From contig NW_026250408.1 of assembly GCF_024521635.1 (NCBI RefSeq), positions 868,001 to 932,000 of the forward strand: DNA of 64,000 bases. The letters run 5' to 3'. Position numbers and translations under genes: made by a program. Below, one piece after another: positions 37,509-50,700 of this stretch (within the stretch, counting starts at the first letter, position 1; each line of letters begins with the position of its first letter). The stretch comes from Tricharina praecox. Lineage: Eukaryota. Under the pieces are notes generated by a model. That model searched no databases. It had not been told where the DNA came from and saw only the letters and a program-made list of their open reading frames with translations.

Positions 37509-37974
37509 GGTTGCGGGAGTTGTGGTTGTATGAGAGTGTTTGATCTGATGGTGTGATGGTGTGGTAGTTTGATTGACTGATTGACTGATTGATTGTTGTT
37601 TGATTGTTGGATGGTGGTTGTGCCTGGACTGGATAGGGAGAGTTGCGAAGGAGAGTTGCAGTGATTGACTGAAGGAATGGAGGCAGTTGAGATACTCGAC
37701 GGACTTGACAATCAATATGTAGGGGAGGATGGCGATGGGTGGATGGGGGGACGGCAAGTGTTTATTCGTGGTTTTCAGGAGGCGTGCGGGCAGTGGATGG
37801 GGGACCCAGAGGGCCGGGCGCGGGTAGTGTGGAGCAGCAGACGTTGGGCAGGGGTGGGTGGTCGTGGGTGGATGGAGGGTGGGAGGGATGGTGGCTGCGT
37901 TGCCGGGAAGAGCAACCAGTTTCTTAGTGGTGGGGACATGAGCGCGCCGCCCACCCCGGCGCCCACTCCCTCCC

Positions 37975-38022
37975 ATCCACCACCACCACCACCACCACCA
38001 CCACCACCACCACCACCACCAC
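37975..38022 (+). repeat. (CAC)n microsatellite
   Basis: About 15 tandem CAC units are visible. Confidence 0.9.
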
Positions 38023-41000
38023 CATCCATCCCCCCTCCCACCCTCCCCCCCCCCTCTCCTTAGGCTCGTCCTCCTCTCCCTCCCCCCCTCCTCTGCTCCC
38101 CTCCCTCCCCGTCCATCCCATGCCCAATCCCCTGCCTTGCCTGCTGCTTGCTTGCTTTTGTGCCGCCTCCACCGCTAGTCCGCTTTCGAAGCGATGCTCT
38201 TCGCATTCCCAACCCTGGAAACCTTCACCTGGCTCACTCGCTCGCAAACTGCATCCCCCCAAAGCGAGAAAAAAAAAACTGCACGACGAGGCACATGTCC
38301 CACGCAGTTGTAGAGTACCGTAGTACGTACTGACTTACTCGAGGATCCCCACCCCCCCAGATGATCGCCAAATCAACACAGGAGAAGTCCGTCGCGACAG
38401 TCACCCACCCGAATCCAAATCCGAATTCACCGAATTGCGCGACCGTATTGGTACATATCGAAATACCCAAACTGACGTCTGCCAGGGAAAACCCCAACAG
38501 CAACACCAACACCAACAATAACTGCATTTCGCCGAGTCCACTCGCGAAGGGTTGTGGTCGAACGAGGAGTGGCCGCCGTGGAGGGCATTGCGCAGTTCGC
38601 ACTCTCTCCCATTCGGGCGGTGCATCATCGTCAGCGACCTTGGGCGTCAGGCGTAGTTGCGCCGTATGTCCTAACAGTACTCTGCTATTATGCTATAGAT
38701 ACAGCACGGTAGAGTACAGTACCGGTACCTGCGATACCGTACGTTCCGCGTACTCGTCCTCTCGCCTCTCGCCTCTCGATGGGGAAGTCGATATATGCAT
38801 CTGCTTTTACCTCGACGAGCAACTACCGGTACCGGTCGGCTGCTTCTCCGTGCCTTCGTCTCCACGTCCGCCCAGAGACATTCGGAATTTTATTTCACTC
38901 ACCGACCCACACAGCACACAGAATTCGCTCCCACCCACCCTCCCTCCCACCTTCGCTCCCACCACCGTCCCCTTGGGTGTTGGAATCTCGGGACTTATGA
39001 TTATGTTGCCTAGCCGTTTTTTTCTTTCTTTTTTCTTTCTCTTTTTTCTTCTCTTTTCTTTTCACAAAGAACCCCAGTCTCTCGGGTTTTCTCCCTGTGT
39101 GTGCCTGCGAGACAGCAGAATCCCCCCCCTCAATCGCTCCCGGAATCGCAAACAACATGTGGGATGCTTCACCCGTCTGTCCGTGTTCCCTCCCGTAGAG
39201 TAGAGTACTACCTCCCACCAGCCGGGTGGGGGTCGGTTTGAGCACGGAACACAAAGAGCCCACCGTACTTCACAGACGGGCTCCGTATTGTTGGTAGCAA
39301 ACTCGGTGGATGGGAACGATTGAAAGAAGGAAAGATGGAGAGAAGGATAGAAAGAAGCAAAGAAAGAAAAAAGCCACCGCTTCTGCCACAGACGGGAATC
39401 ATGATTGTATGGAACAAACCTCTCACACTTCGTACAGCTCTCACACTCCGCTCTTCCAACCGCGTTAGATACTCTGCCTACTTTCTCACCAGCGTGTGTG
39501 AAGCCTGTGAAGCCCGTGAAGCCTGTTTGCTTTAGTGCTTATGATGGATTATCTCCACTCTGTACTCTACTCTATGTACTCCATGTATGTACTCTATGTA
39601 TCTACTCTGCATGCTCACTCGCCTCGAGGACTACCTACTCTCACTACTGTAGGAACATTCCTGCACGCACAGCTTAGTCGAAATCATCCATACTTGGTTA
39701 CCGAGAAGAAAAACACAGATAGCGGTCGCTTTGTATGTACCGCATGTACCGCATGTACCGCATGTACTCTATTCACGAGCTCCATGTATCTACCGTGAAG
39801 GCTCTTCCCGGATGTCTGTATGTATGTCTGTATGTACTATCTACAAGGAGATGATTCACGGGCATGATAACTGCCTGTGTACATACCTTCTATGCACTCC
39901 ATATACCGAAGGTACCGCAGGTACTCCATGTAGGTGCTCCGTGTATCTATCTATCTACCGTGATTCCATGAAGGCTTCTGCCGGCCGGATACGCCGTTCG
40001 CCCTGAAGCCTGGAGTTTGCATGGAGTTGGCATACATGCCGGCGCAATAATAATAATCCGCTCACCCACACGTGAGGATGTGGAGTAGAGTAGGTAGTGC
40101 CTATGCCTGTGCCTATGCCTATGCCTATGCCTATGCCTATTTGTGGCCCATACATTCACCCCATAAATCCATACATCCATACCGCAGTACAGAAGTCTAT
40201 GGATATCCCTAGTAGGTGTCTTGACTCTTGAGTACGGCGGTAGTGGGCGATCAACTGTCTAGGTAGCAGGCTATTACTAGTAGCGGAGACGAGCCGGACC
40301 TGAACTGGTTTACGTGTCTAGATATGTAGGTATTTAGAGATGTAAGACGAGGCTGCTTATGTACGAGTACTACGTACGAACCCACGAACATAACCCATGA
40401 AACCGTCTGGCAAGGCTGTCGGCGAAGAAAGGCGGTATGGTCAACGTCATCGTCAACGTCAACGGGCACTTGCGTACTTCCCTACCTACTAGGTATGATA
40501 TGCATATGTAGTATTTGCACCTCGAAGAGGGTCTATCGAATTCTCGAGCCTCGAACATCTACATCCAGAGTAGAATAGAGTATAACCATAGAGTAGGTAG
40601 CCGATACTACCGATACCTACTACAGTCTACCAACCGAAGCCTCGCCAGTTCATTTCACCAGTCCGCCAGCTCGCCAGTCCAGTCCGCCAGTCCGCCAATC
40701 CGTAAGTCCCCCAGTTCGCCAGTTCGCAACAATTTCTCTCCGCACAGTCTCTCCGCTTCAGTGTCTCCGCTCCGTCGGGGCGGTACCGGTATGTAATGAT
40801 CTACACCTGCCCTGTACTGGCACTTGCACCGGTACCCACTGGCACCTACTGGCAATCACAGGGCAATCACAGGCACTGGTCAAGACTCAGGGTCAATACG
40901 GCATCAACCAAACTTCAACCGGACTCAACCGACTCAACCGACACACCCGGACTGCAACCGGAGTCCTGCCGGATCAACCGGTTCCACCAGTTCCACTATG

Positions 41001-41335
41001 TACGGACTACTGACTACGTACGGACTATCATCCACATGTATGTATCATATGTATCATATCGAAATTACGTTCTCTTGAGCGTGCGTAGTCACCTATGGAG
41101 CCGCCAATTCGGAAGCGAATGTCGGGAGCCTGGGAAGTTGTGGAGCCTGGGGAGTTGTGGAGCTTAAGGTGGGAGCTTGGGAATTAGGGAGCTTACAGAT
41201 CTTGGGTCTTGGGTCGTGGTCTTGGGCCCTCTGCGGATCTTGGGCCCTTCGGTCGGTGGAGGTGGAGGTGGAGGTGGATCATTGGCCTTCTGTCGGTGGA
41301 GGAGTCCGGTTGCTCGGACTCGAGGGATGGGTTCA

Positions 41336-41392
41336 TTGGGATGGGATGGGATGGGATGGGATGGGATGGGATGGGATGGGATGGGATGGGAT
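41336..41392 (+). repeat. (GGGAT)n microsatellite
   Basis: About 11 tandem pentamers are visible. Confidence 0.9.
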
Positions 41393-41640
41393 ACGAGGAG
41401 TGGGATATGCATGCGAGGAGAGGGATACGAGCGAACTAGATACCGGTATGCGCGCGGGGGCGGGGCGGACGAGGGGGCGGTGGGCGATGGGGCTTCGGGG
41501 CAATGGAATGGGGAAATGGGTACCTATATCATGATTCATGTATGAATAATGATGTGGGATTCTAGATTCTTGGATATGTAAATGCTTACCTACCGGTATG
41601 TAGGTACCGAATTTCTAGGGAATCCACTCGCGAATACTGG

Positions 41641-41760
41641 ACCTGCGGAATAGCTTGCGGAATAGCTTGCGGAATAACTTGCGGAATAACTTGCGGAATA
41701 ACCTGCGGAATACTATAACCTACGGAATAATCTACGGAATAACCTGCGGAACGACCTGCG
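41641..41760 (+). repeat. 12-bp minisatellite (acctgcggaata-like), about 9 copies
   Basis: Tandem units acctgcggaata, gcttgcggaata, acttgcggaata and acctacggaata are visible. Confidence 0.88.
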
Positions 41761-44700
41761 TGATGACACAAACTCCAGAGCGCCGAGGGAGAATGTCCTG
41801 CATTCCCCCTCCTCCGTGAAGATTCTCCTTGCACCCAAAACTGTGGAATCGCAGACTTGTTTCTCCCCTCTCCTTTCACCATTTCACCCGTGCTCATGGT
41901 TTGTTGGTCATGGTGGTGGAATAGGAAGCCCACAGGTCTGATCTGGTCTGATCTGTCAGGGCCGGTTCCGACTCCGGTGAGCTCGAGCGATCACGAAGCC
42001 TGTATGTACCGATGGAGCCTATACCGATGAAGCCTGTCTGTATACCTACCCACATACCTAGTATCGTATCGTACCGAACGTTTTACGTCCGTCTCGTCCC
42101 CTCCTGTCCCCTCCTGTCCAATCCCATCCCATCCTGTCCTGTCACTTCCAATCCTGTCCTGTCCTGTCACGTCCCACCCCGTCCTGTCAGGCTGTCACAT
42201 CGTGAACGACAGCCCCACCCCGGCCTTTCAAACCCGAAATCAAAATGAGAGGCTCGTGTCCGATATTCCGATATTCCGATATTCCGAGGATCCGAACTGG
42301 ATAACCACTATTTGGGTATGCTCCCATCCACGGGTAAATGCCATAGCCACCTATGTACATTCATACCTGCTAGAAGAAGGTAGAGCAACTCGTACTCCTC
42401 CGCGCACGGCGCTCGCACGGCGCTCGCTGGGAGTTTGGGACGTCCGGCGGAACGCCCGACGACGGAACGCGTACCTGCCTACCTGACTACCACCTATGTG
42501 GGTCTGTAGATCTGGCGCTGTCCCGAGAAAACACTCATCTCTATGTCGATACCTTATGTAGGTAGGTATGGACATACAACCTGATACTATAGGTGTGGAC
42601 AATCATCCGAAGCCTCGCGCGCGCGCCCGGTCAAGCTTCAGCTTGAAGATCAGCACGGGCGAAGTTAAGAAGTTGCGAGGTTGCGAACCATCGACCGGCC
42701 GGCGGCCGCGGTATCAGGTGGATAACCTCCTGCTCCCGCTCCTCCATCAGCTCTACCTCCACCAGCTCAACAAGCTCCAGCTCCCCCTCATCCGGCGTAT
42801 GCGTATGCGTATGCGTATGCGTATGCAACTCGTACTCCAGTGCATACATAATCTACTCCACCGACGCTTCTCCCTCACCACCGCGCCGTCACGCCGGCTA
42901 AACACCTCCCACTCTCCCCTCCACTCGAGCCTCACTCAACCCTCGCGCGGAGCCACAAACCCGCCGCGTATTAACCTCCTTGCCCACTCTACTCTATATA
43001 CTCCATATGTCCATAACCCTATTAATCTAAACCCACTATGGAACCATCGGCGGCATGAGCCTTGCGGCGCTGCGCGGTGCGGCGCGGCGGAGACGGACGG
43101 GAAGGACCGGCGCGCGGCTCCTTCACCCCCGGTCCCTTCCCTTCCCTGTGGTGAGGGAGAAAAAACCCCTCCTCCTCCCTCCTCCTCCCTCCTCCACTGA
43201 TCCCGAAGCAGAAACTGAAAGCAAAGCAGAAAGCAAGAGGGCTTCCGAGTTTACTGTTCCGGCGTTAGTCAGTGAGAGGGATACGAATGCGGATAGCTCC
43301 GGCACTTGGGTTCTATGAACAGAGCAGGCAGGCAGGAAGGAAGGCAGGCAGGCAAAGGCAGGGCGGCGGTGAACAGGGCAGGCCAGCGCAGGGGGGGGAG
43401 GGGATGGGCCGGCAACACATGGAAGCAACAACAGCAGCAACAGCAGCAACAGAAGCAACGCAACAACAGCAACAGCAACACAGCAACAGAAGCAACAGCA
43501 ACAACAGAAGTCTTGGTAGTTACTTATAGCGGACTAGTCAGTTCCCTAGCCAACTATCGCAGAATCAGAATCAGAATCAGAACCACAGTCCCGATGTGCC
43601 GGATACCTACCTAGGTCCAATGCTATAACTAGAATCACCGAGCAAAACCAACCGGAAATCTTCCGTGATGCTACGGTGCTGTTTGGTGGTGGTGCAGTGG
43701 TGGTGCAGTGGTCTGCCTCCGTTCGCGTTTCCTCAAGGACGGGGAGGAGGCAGAAGGGGGAGGCCCGAGGATCGCTCCTGCCCTTCGGGGTACTCGCGTA
43801 CCCAACTTACGCAGCACCCCCAGCGTACCCAGCGGCGCGGGTTGAATTGTTTCAACTACGACTTACCGTGTGGGGGCTAACCGTCTACTCTCGAAATGGC
43901 ATCTCTCCAGGCTGTTCCCAGGCTGTTCCCGGGAAGAAGTCTTGCTTCTTGCTTCTTATCGACTGCGTCGCCGCAGCTAGTTAGCTAGGCTAGAGTACTT
44001 GGAGAAGAGTGCATACCGGGCGGGGGCCGTGGAGACACGGTTCCGACTCTTGGGTTTGGGATTGGGGGATTTGCGGTTTGGGCTATGTAGGGGAGGGGAG
44101 GGATTTGGGGGGAAATGATTCTCCGTCCGCGGTCCTGTCCTGTCCTCGGTTCCGGCGAACCGTGACAGTGTCGCTCACTACCCTACTCTACGTACTCACT
44201 CAACGCAACGCAACTCGGTCAGTCAGGAAACAAAGTCGAGACCACACACTTGAGGCTGTAGATTTGAAAGAAAGAAGAAAAGAAAGGAAAAAAAATCCTA
44301 GGAAAATGGAAAAGTGTCAGTGCCATCGTGGTCGGCCATCAATCACCCACCATCTTTCCTATCCCGTCGATAATTACTCGAGGTATAGTACTGCTTCCTG
44401 GTAGTTGTCACAAGAAGACCCGTGGGTAGGTAGGGTACCGGTACCGTATTTACCATAGCCACGACCCACGAGTACTTGGGAAGTTGGATGTTTGGAAGTT
44501 GGGACACTTGGGATATCTGCTTGGGTACGGTATCATCTATCATCTATCTATCGGCGACGCTCCCAATCCGGCCCCAGGAGTTGGAGCGGACCACCAACTT
44601 CTTCAGCATACAATCCCATCCCATCCAGTATCCCACCGATGATCCCAAGTTCCCAAGTTACCAATGCTGTGGCCCGTAAGTACTCAACCTATGTAGAGTA

Positions 44701-47700
44701 CCTCGAGTAGGCGAACTCGCCATTGAGCTCGGACCGCGAATCATTCACACCCATTCACACACACATACGCACGCACTGCACACGCAGTAACGCAGTAATG
44801 CACAGCGTCTATGTAGCGTGTGTATGATATATGAGGGGCGAGTATCATATCACGGTAAGCTGGTTTGTATGCCATCTACTAGTATGCGATCCACGGCAGA
44901 AACGAATGGGACCTTTCTTTGGCGGCGGCGGCGTCGGTGCCGCGCTAGTTATTGGGCTGGGCTGTCTGGTCGGCAGCGTTTAAACGACGATGATAGGATC
45001 GCCACTGGCCGCTGGCTGGCCCATGGCTGGCCCATGGCCCACTGACTGGATCGAATCGAATCGAATCGAGCAGAAACGCCTCTTCACTACGATATGCTAG
45101 GTGCTCCAGCTCCATCGCAATGGACGGCCCAAACACATTCATGGGTGCAGAGGAGGACGAGGAGTAGGTGGAGGAGGTGGTGGAGGACAAGGCAGAGGAG
45201 GAGCAGCAGGTGGAGGAGGCAAAAACGCGAGTCGTAGATCCGGTCTGTGCTGGATCGTGAACCAAAATGCTAATCCTCCGCGAGCCGTCGTCGCACTGCA
45301 GTGCAGCAGTGCAGTGCAGTGCAGTGGGCGATCTTAGTATGTTTCTCGCGGCCAATGCCGTCATGGAGCCCTGAGGGAGGGAGAAGCACGTATGACGAGT
45401 GTAGGGTAAGTAGAGTACTCTACTTCTTGATTAACCACAGCCGTCTACCGGTTGGCAGGCAGGCAGGCAGGCTGAGGTTTCTGCCTGTCTCAGACACTTT
45501 TTTTAGTTTTTATTTTTATCGATTTTTTTTGAGCAGAAAAAAAATCAAAAAGGGGGAAGGGGAGATAATCGATAGATAAATGCGATGGATTATTTTTATA
45601 TCGCTCTCGAGTCTCGTTCTTGCACTTCCACCCGATCCGGTTCCCCCCGACCCGACGGACGTCTCAGCACGAGCTCTCACTCACATTGTCTCTCCCTCGA
45701 CTGCACAGCCACGCACGCACGGCAAAGGGTCACGCCCGCCCGCCCGCGGCCTGCCGGGAAGCAGTGTTTTATCTTTTCATCTGCACGCTCGCGCCTACAT
45801 ACCGTATCACATCTAGATGGGTACGGTAGGTGAGTATTGTAAAACCTCGATATCGCGGAACACGAGCCGCCGCCACCTACGTATATCTATGAAGATATCG
45901 TCATATCGATACGGGACGGTATGTAGAGTACAATACTCTAGATATGATACGGATAACCAACCCCTCGATCACCATGGATCCGTGTCGAGTCGTGCGGCTT
46001 TCAGCTCCTCCGTGCCCGCTGTCTGTGGTCTGTGGTCTGTGATCTTCTCGCTTGTTTTTGTTTCTGCTGCCCGTTCTCCCTTGGTTGGCTGGATGTTCTG
46101 TTTGTACATATCAGACATCAAACATGTCAAACATACGGCACGCCCGCCCGCCCGCACGCACTCACTCACCGCACGGGAAGCGGACGGGACGGGAGTCAAC
46201 ACACGGTATACCCAGTACCACATACTCTACTCCACACTTGGATAAGTACCGTGGCACATGACTGTGCACATACTGCACTGCGCTGCCTGCGCTGTCCTGC
46301 GCTGCGTTGCGTTGCGCTGTAGTACTCATGGTTGCATCATGTTGCAGGTAGACATGTCTCTCTCGAGTCTCGAATGCTTTTCTTTTCTTTTCGGTGAAGA
46401 TTTCATCAATGATCATCATGGTAGTTAAGCCACCGTTCCGCTCTCCGATACATCACACGGTAGATGCCGGTCACTCGACTCGCTACTACTCTATACGTAC
46501 CGCTTGCCGCATCACAGATCCACGGGATGGCGGAATCTCGCGCCCCGCCCCGCCACGATGTCGATGTCGATGTCGATGTGGGCCCCGAAGGCTGAAGGCT
46601 GTCCGTGGCTGTCCGTGGCTGTCCGTGTATCTATGAGAGTGTGGCCGGTGACGTACTACCCAATATAGGCAGTACATACAGGCCTAAGAAAGTCCTTAGG
46701 TAAGGAAGTACCTTGATGCCGCTCCCCCCACCCACACACCCCCATGGGCAAGTACCGTACTCTAACTCGGACCTTTCGCCGCCCCTCGAACCTCGAATCG
46801 ACCGATTGCGGGGAGGACGGCGGGGAGAAAAGAAAGCTTCAGCCTTCAGGAGGATCTGGGCCTCGGGCGCAGCAACTGCTAGTACATCTACCAAAGCACG
46901 TACCTGGATCCCCGCAGGCAGTAGTAGAAATGGTAAGTCACGCCCCCAACTTTGCGTGGTCGCTGGTCAGGCGCCCGCCCGCCATGAGATATGCACACAT
47001 GTGCATTTTTTTTTCTTCGGTAAGGTTAGGTAAAGTTTGTTAGAGTACATGATCTTGCCTTTCTGGTGACTTCCTGGGGACCTCCGTTCTTCGCGGCCCG
47101 CTATGTAGGTATCATGTACATGCGAAGAAAAAAAATCTCGAAAGCTGCTGGTCCGGTATGTATGAGGCATGTACAAACCAGGTACCTACTGTAATCGCCC
47201 GATGCGAGAGTGCGCTATGTACTCTGTGTACTTGTACATTCACGGGACACGCCTACGCGGGGGGGAGGGGGGGGGGGAGGGGGGAGGAACGTGGGGAGCG
47301 ATCGGTCGGTCCCTGGGCCCTGGGCCAGGGCCCTGAGCCTGAGGCTAATGCGGGGAACCCCACATCCCACGCCCCACGCCCCACGTCCCACGCCCCACCC
47401 ACGCTCAACCCACGCCCCGCGACCCTCGCCCACGCCCCACGCGGCCACGACCCTCGCCCCACGCTCCGGACGCTTACCGGCCGGTCGGTGGGCTAGTGCC
47501 GGTGCGCCGTTTGGAGTTGGAGTCTGGAGTCTGGAGTCTGGAGTCTGGAGTAGCAGGGCCGACTGGTTTAGCCGCGTTGACGCTGCGACGGCGGCGGCGG
47601 TGGTGGTGGCGCTGGTGGTTGTGCTGGTGGTTGTGCTGGTGGTAGCGGTGATCGTCAAGGTGGGAGTGATCGTCGAGGTGCATTGGTGCATTGCATTGGG

Positions 47701-50700
47701 GGTTGAGGTCGCTCGACGGACTAACCACTATACATGCATTGCGGCCGGGTGGGGGTTTTGGGTCCGGGTCGTGCGGAGAGTGTTCCCGAAGGCCGAAGGC
47801 CGATGGGGCGGAGGGGAGGTTCCCGAAATTCCCGGCCGTCGACACGGGGCCGGTGCTCGAGCACGGCCAGAGAAATCTTAACATGCTGATCGTACTGGAC
47901 GAGCGCGGAACGGCGTCTATTGACAACTAGTCCAGCTGCCGAGGGCCAGTCCGTCGCGCTTTCCAGAGGCCACTCGTGATATCACTCGTGGTGAATATCG
48001 ACATCGATGGAGCAACAGTGTCGGTTCACCGTGGGCCGTGGGGGCTAACGAGTACCACAGAAGTTCTTCGCATTTGGGGCCGATCCCCGCCCCCGCCGCA
48101 GTACCCATAGACGACATATCGGCCTCCCCTCCGATGGGAAAACCACAACGGCAGCGATTTACCGCTACCATAGCATCATCGATACCAACTGGTAATTACC
48201 CCCTCCCATGAACCGCATCACACATCCAGACTCCCCATCCACTTATCCATCCATGAACGCAGCCACCCCCGCCCGCGGAGCGAAGACCCGACCCCATGCC
48301 TGGGTCGATACCTACCAGATTCTCTGGAGTCTGGAGGCTTGCAAGCAAGTCGCCGCGAGCACGTTTCGGGGAAGCACTGACTGACCTGGAGTCTGGAGCG
48401 AGGCTGACGGGATATCTGTCTATCTGGCGTGCTACGCACGTTCTGGCCACCTATCTGGAGCGCAATGCATGTATTGACCTGGAAGGGGGACGGACGACGG
48501 CGTGAAACGTGGAGGAGCAGGAGAAGTTGTGGTAGATCCAACCTCACCCACCCGGCGCCGTACCGTACCGTATGCATGCACATCATCTACATATGTACGA
48601 TCGGCTCGAAGATTCGCGCTGTGTGCTCGCGACCGGTTGTCACTATCATGGTAAGTTGGTAACTATAGGCGTGACGTGACATGATTCCGAAACGGTTGGA
48701 CGATCCAATTCCAACTCCGTGCGTTCGAACTTGGTTGGGTTGGTGGTTGGGTTGTTGGGTTGTTGGAGGCGGGTGACGGCTTGTGCATACGATTGGGACT
48801 GCCCCATTTGGGGGGTAACCACTACTCGTAGTATCGAGCTCCGACGAACGACTCTGATCCTTCCAAACGACATCTGTCTGTCGTCAGGGGGAGGGGGGGC
48901 TTCTCGGAGGTAAAATCCCAATCCACTCACAAGATGGTTTGGTTTGGTGGGGATATCACAATATAATCCGTAAGAGCGCAAATCGTGACGCACAGTGGCT
49001 GAAAGATATGCAAAAACAAAATCTCCACCATTTCTTTTGGGGGCTATCGTATCATACCGTACTCGCCACGAAACAGGTACGCTTATGTATAGCAGAGCAC
49101 TAGGTATAGCCATGAAACGTATCGGCGGGCGGAGGGCGGAGGGCGACATGCAGCCAGCGATGAGCGGGGGCCTGCGAAGTGATCGGCCAGTGGCCGGTGG
49201 TCAGAGCTCGGAGTTCGTGATGTGATGTTTATCGATTTGGGAGCCTGCGCATGCATTCGTCCCATGGGCCACGTTCTTGCACTGGCAGGCAAACCCCAAA
49301 CCAAGAACCGGCGATCATTTGGAGCATCACGATGCCATGACTACATATGTTGCCGCCGCCGTGGGCCCCAACTTTCACTCTACTCTTGTCACATCTCACG
49401 TTCGACGTCTGTCGTGCTGTGTTTTTAGGGGCATCAAAGCTGGATGTCCGATGGACCGTGCATGCATGCGCAGGACGCCACCGAAAGCAGGTAAGAAAGA
49501 AAAAGTAAAGAAAACCATCAGCGAGTCAGCGACATCTTTCTTTCCATTGCGGCGTACTCTATATAACCAAGCGCTTACATTGTACTCATGTATGTAGCAT
49601 TGTAGGCTGTAAGTAGCCCTCGCACGGTCGCACCATGCAGAAAAGTGCAATCCCAATCCCCCCCTCCCCATTCTGTCGTGTCGACAAGATGAGATGCCCC
49701 CCGATTGGACTCTGCGCCCAAACACAGACCACAGTCCTTGCAGGAGTGCAAATGATGCACTCGCGAGTTCGCTACACATGCTGCTGCGGGCTGACAACTG
49801 CAGTGCTAAGGTGTGTATGTAGTACTTGGTACTTATAGTACACCCTTATTGCTTCCCTTGCTTTACTTTACGCTTAACTATCCATCCATCCATCCATACA
49901 CTCGAGAGGTGAGAGGCGAGAGGCGAGAGGAGAAAAGACGGCCGCTTGGCCCTTGGGTCGTCAGCTGCTGGACGGGGGCACATGTGGGGCTGATACCGGC
50001 ATGTACCTAGAATAATGTGGAGTACCCGGATCGTGAGACCTCAACGGCCCATGTCGGAACCGTTAAACGCGGATCATTCCGGCGGGGCGGGGTATGTAGG
50101 GTGTGGTGGTCGGAAGGAAACGTTAGTTACACGTGGAGGAAACCAACCCTTCAGGCTTCGACCGGCTCGCCACGGCTTCCCATAGCTGGGTACTTGAGTA
50201 CTTGCAGACGGTTACTGCGCAATTGTACGCTCAACCCGAGCCCTTCGCTTCGGCGCCCCCGCTCGGCATCCCGTCCAATCGCTACCCACCTACCTACCAA
50301 AAGTAAGTACCTGACATGTGGGTGCCCACTCGCTCACTCACTCGCCCGCCGCATCGTGCCGCCATGTACTCTACATATGTAGGAAGCCCGCCCGCCCAAG
50401 GCGCTTATAGCTGGACTTGCCGGTAGAGTACCCACCTATGGCTTCAATTCGTGCGCACTCAAAAGCCGCAGGGAATGGGATGAGGCGAGGGAGTATGTAC
50501 ATCTGCGATGGCATCGTTGGAAAGCAAGGACCGAGGAGATAAATGGAGCGTGTCTGGTATGTATGTACTCTACATAGTGCAGTGCAGTTGGCGCGCTCCA
50601 CATGCGGCCGCGTGGTAAACGAATGATTGTCCGGACGGAAGAAGCCACTGGTTCACTTCATGCCTGGTCGCTCCGCACGATGTCACCAACGGGGGGGCGA

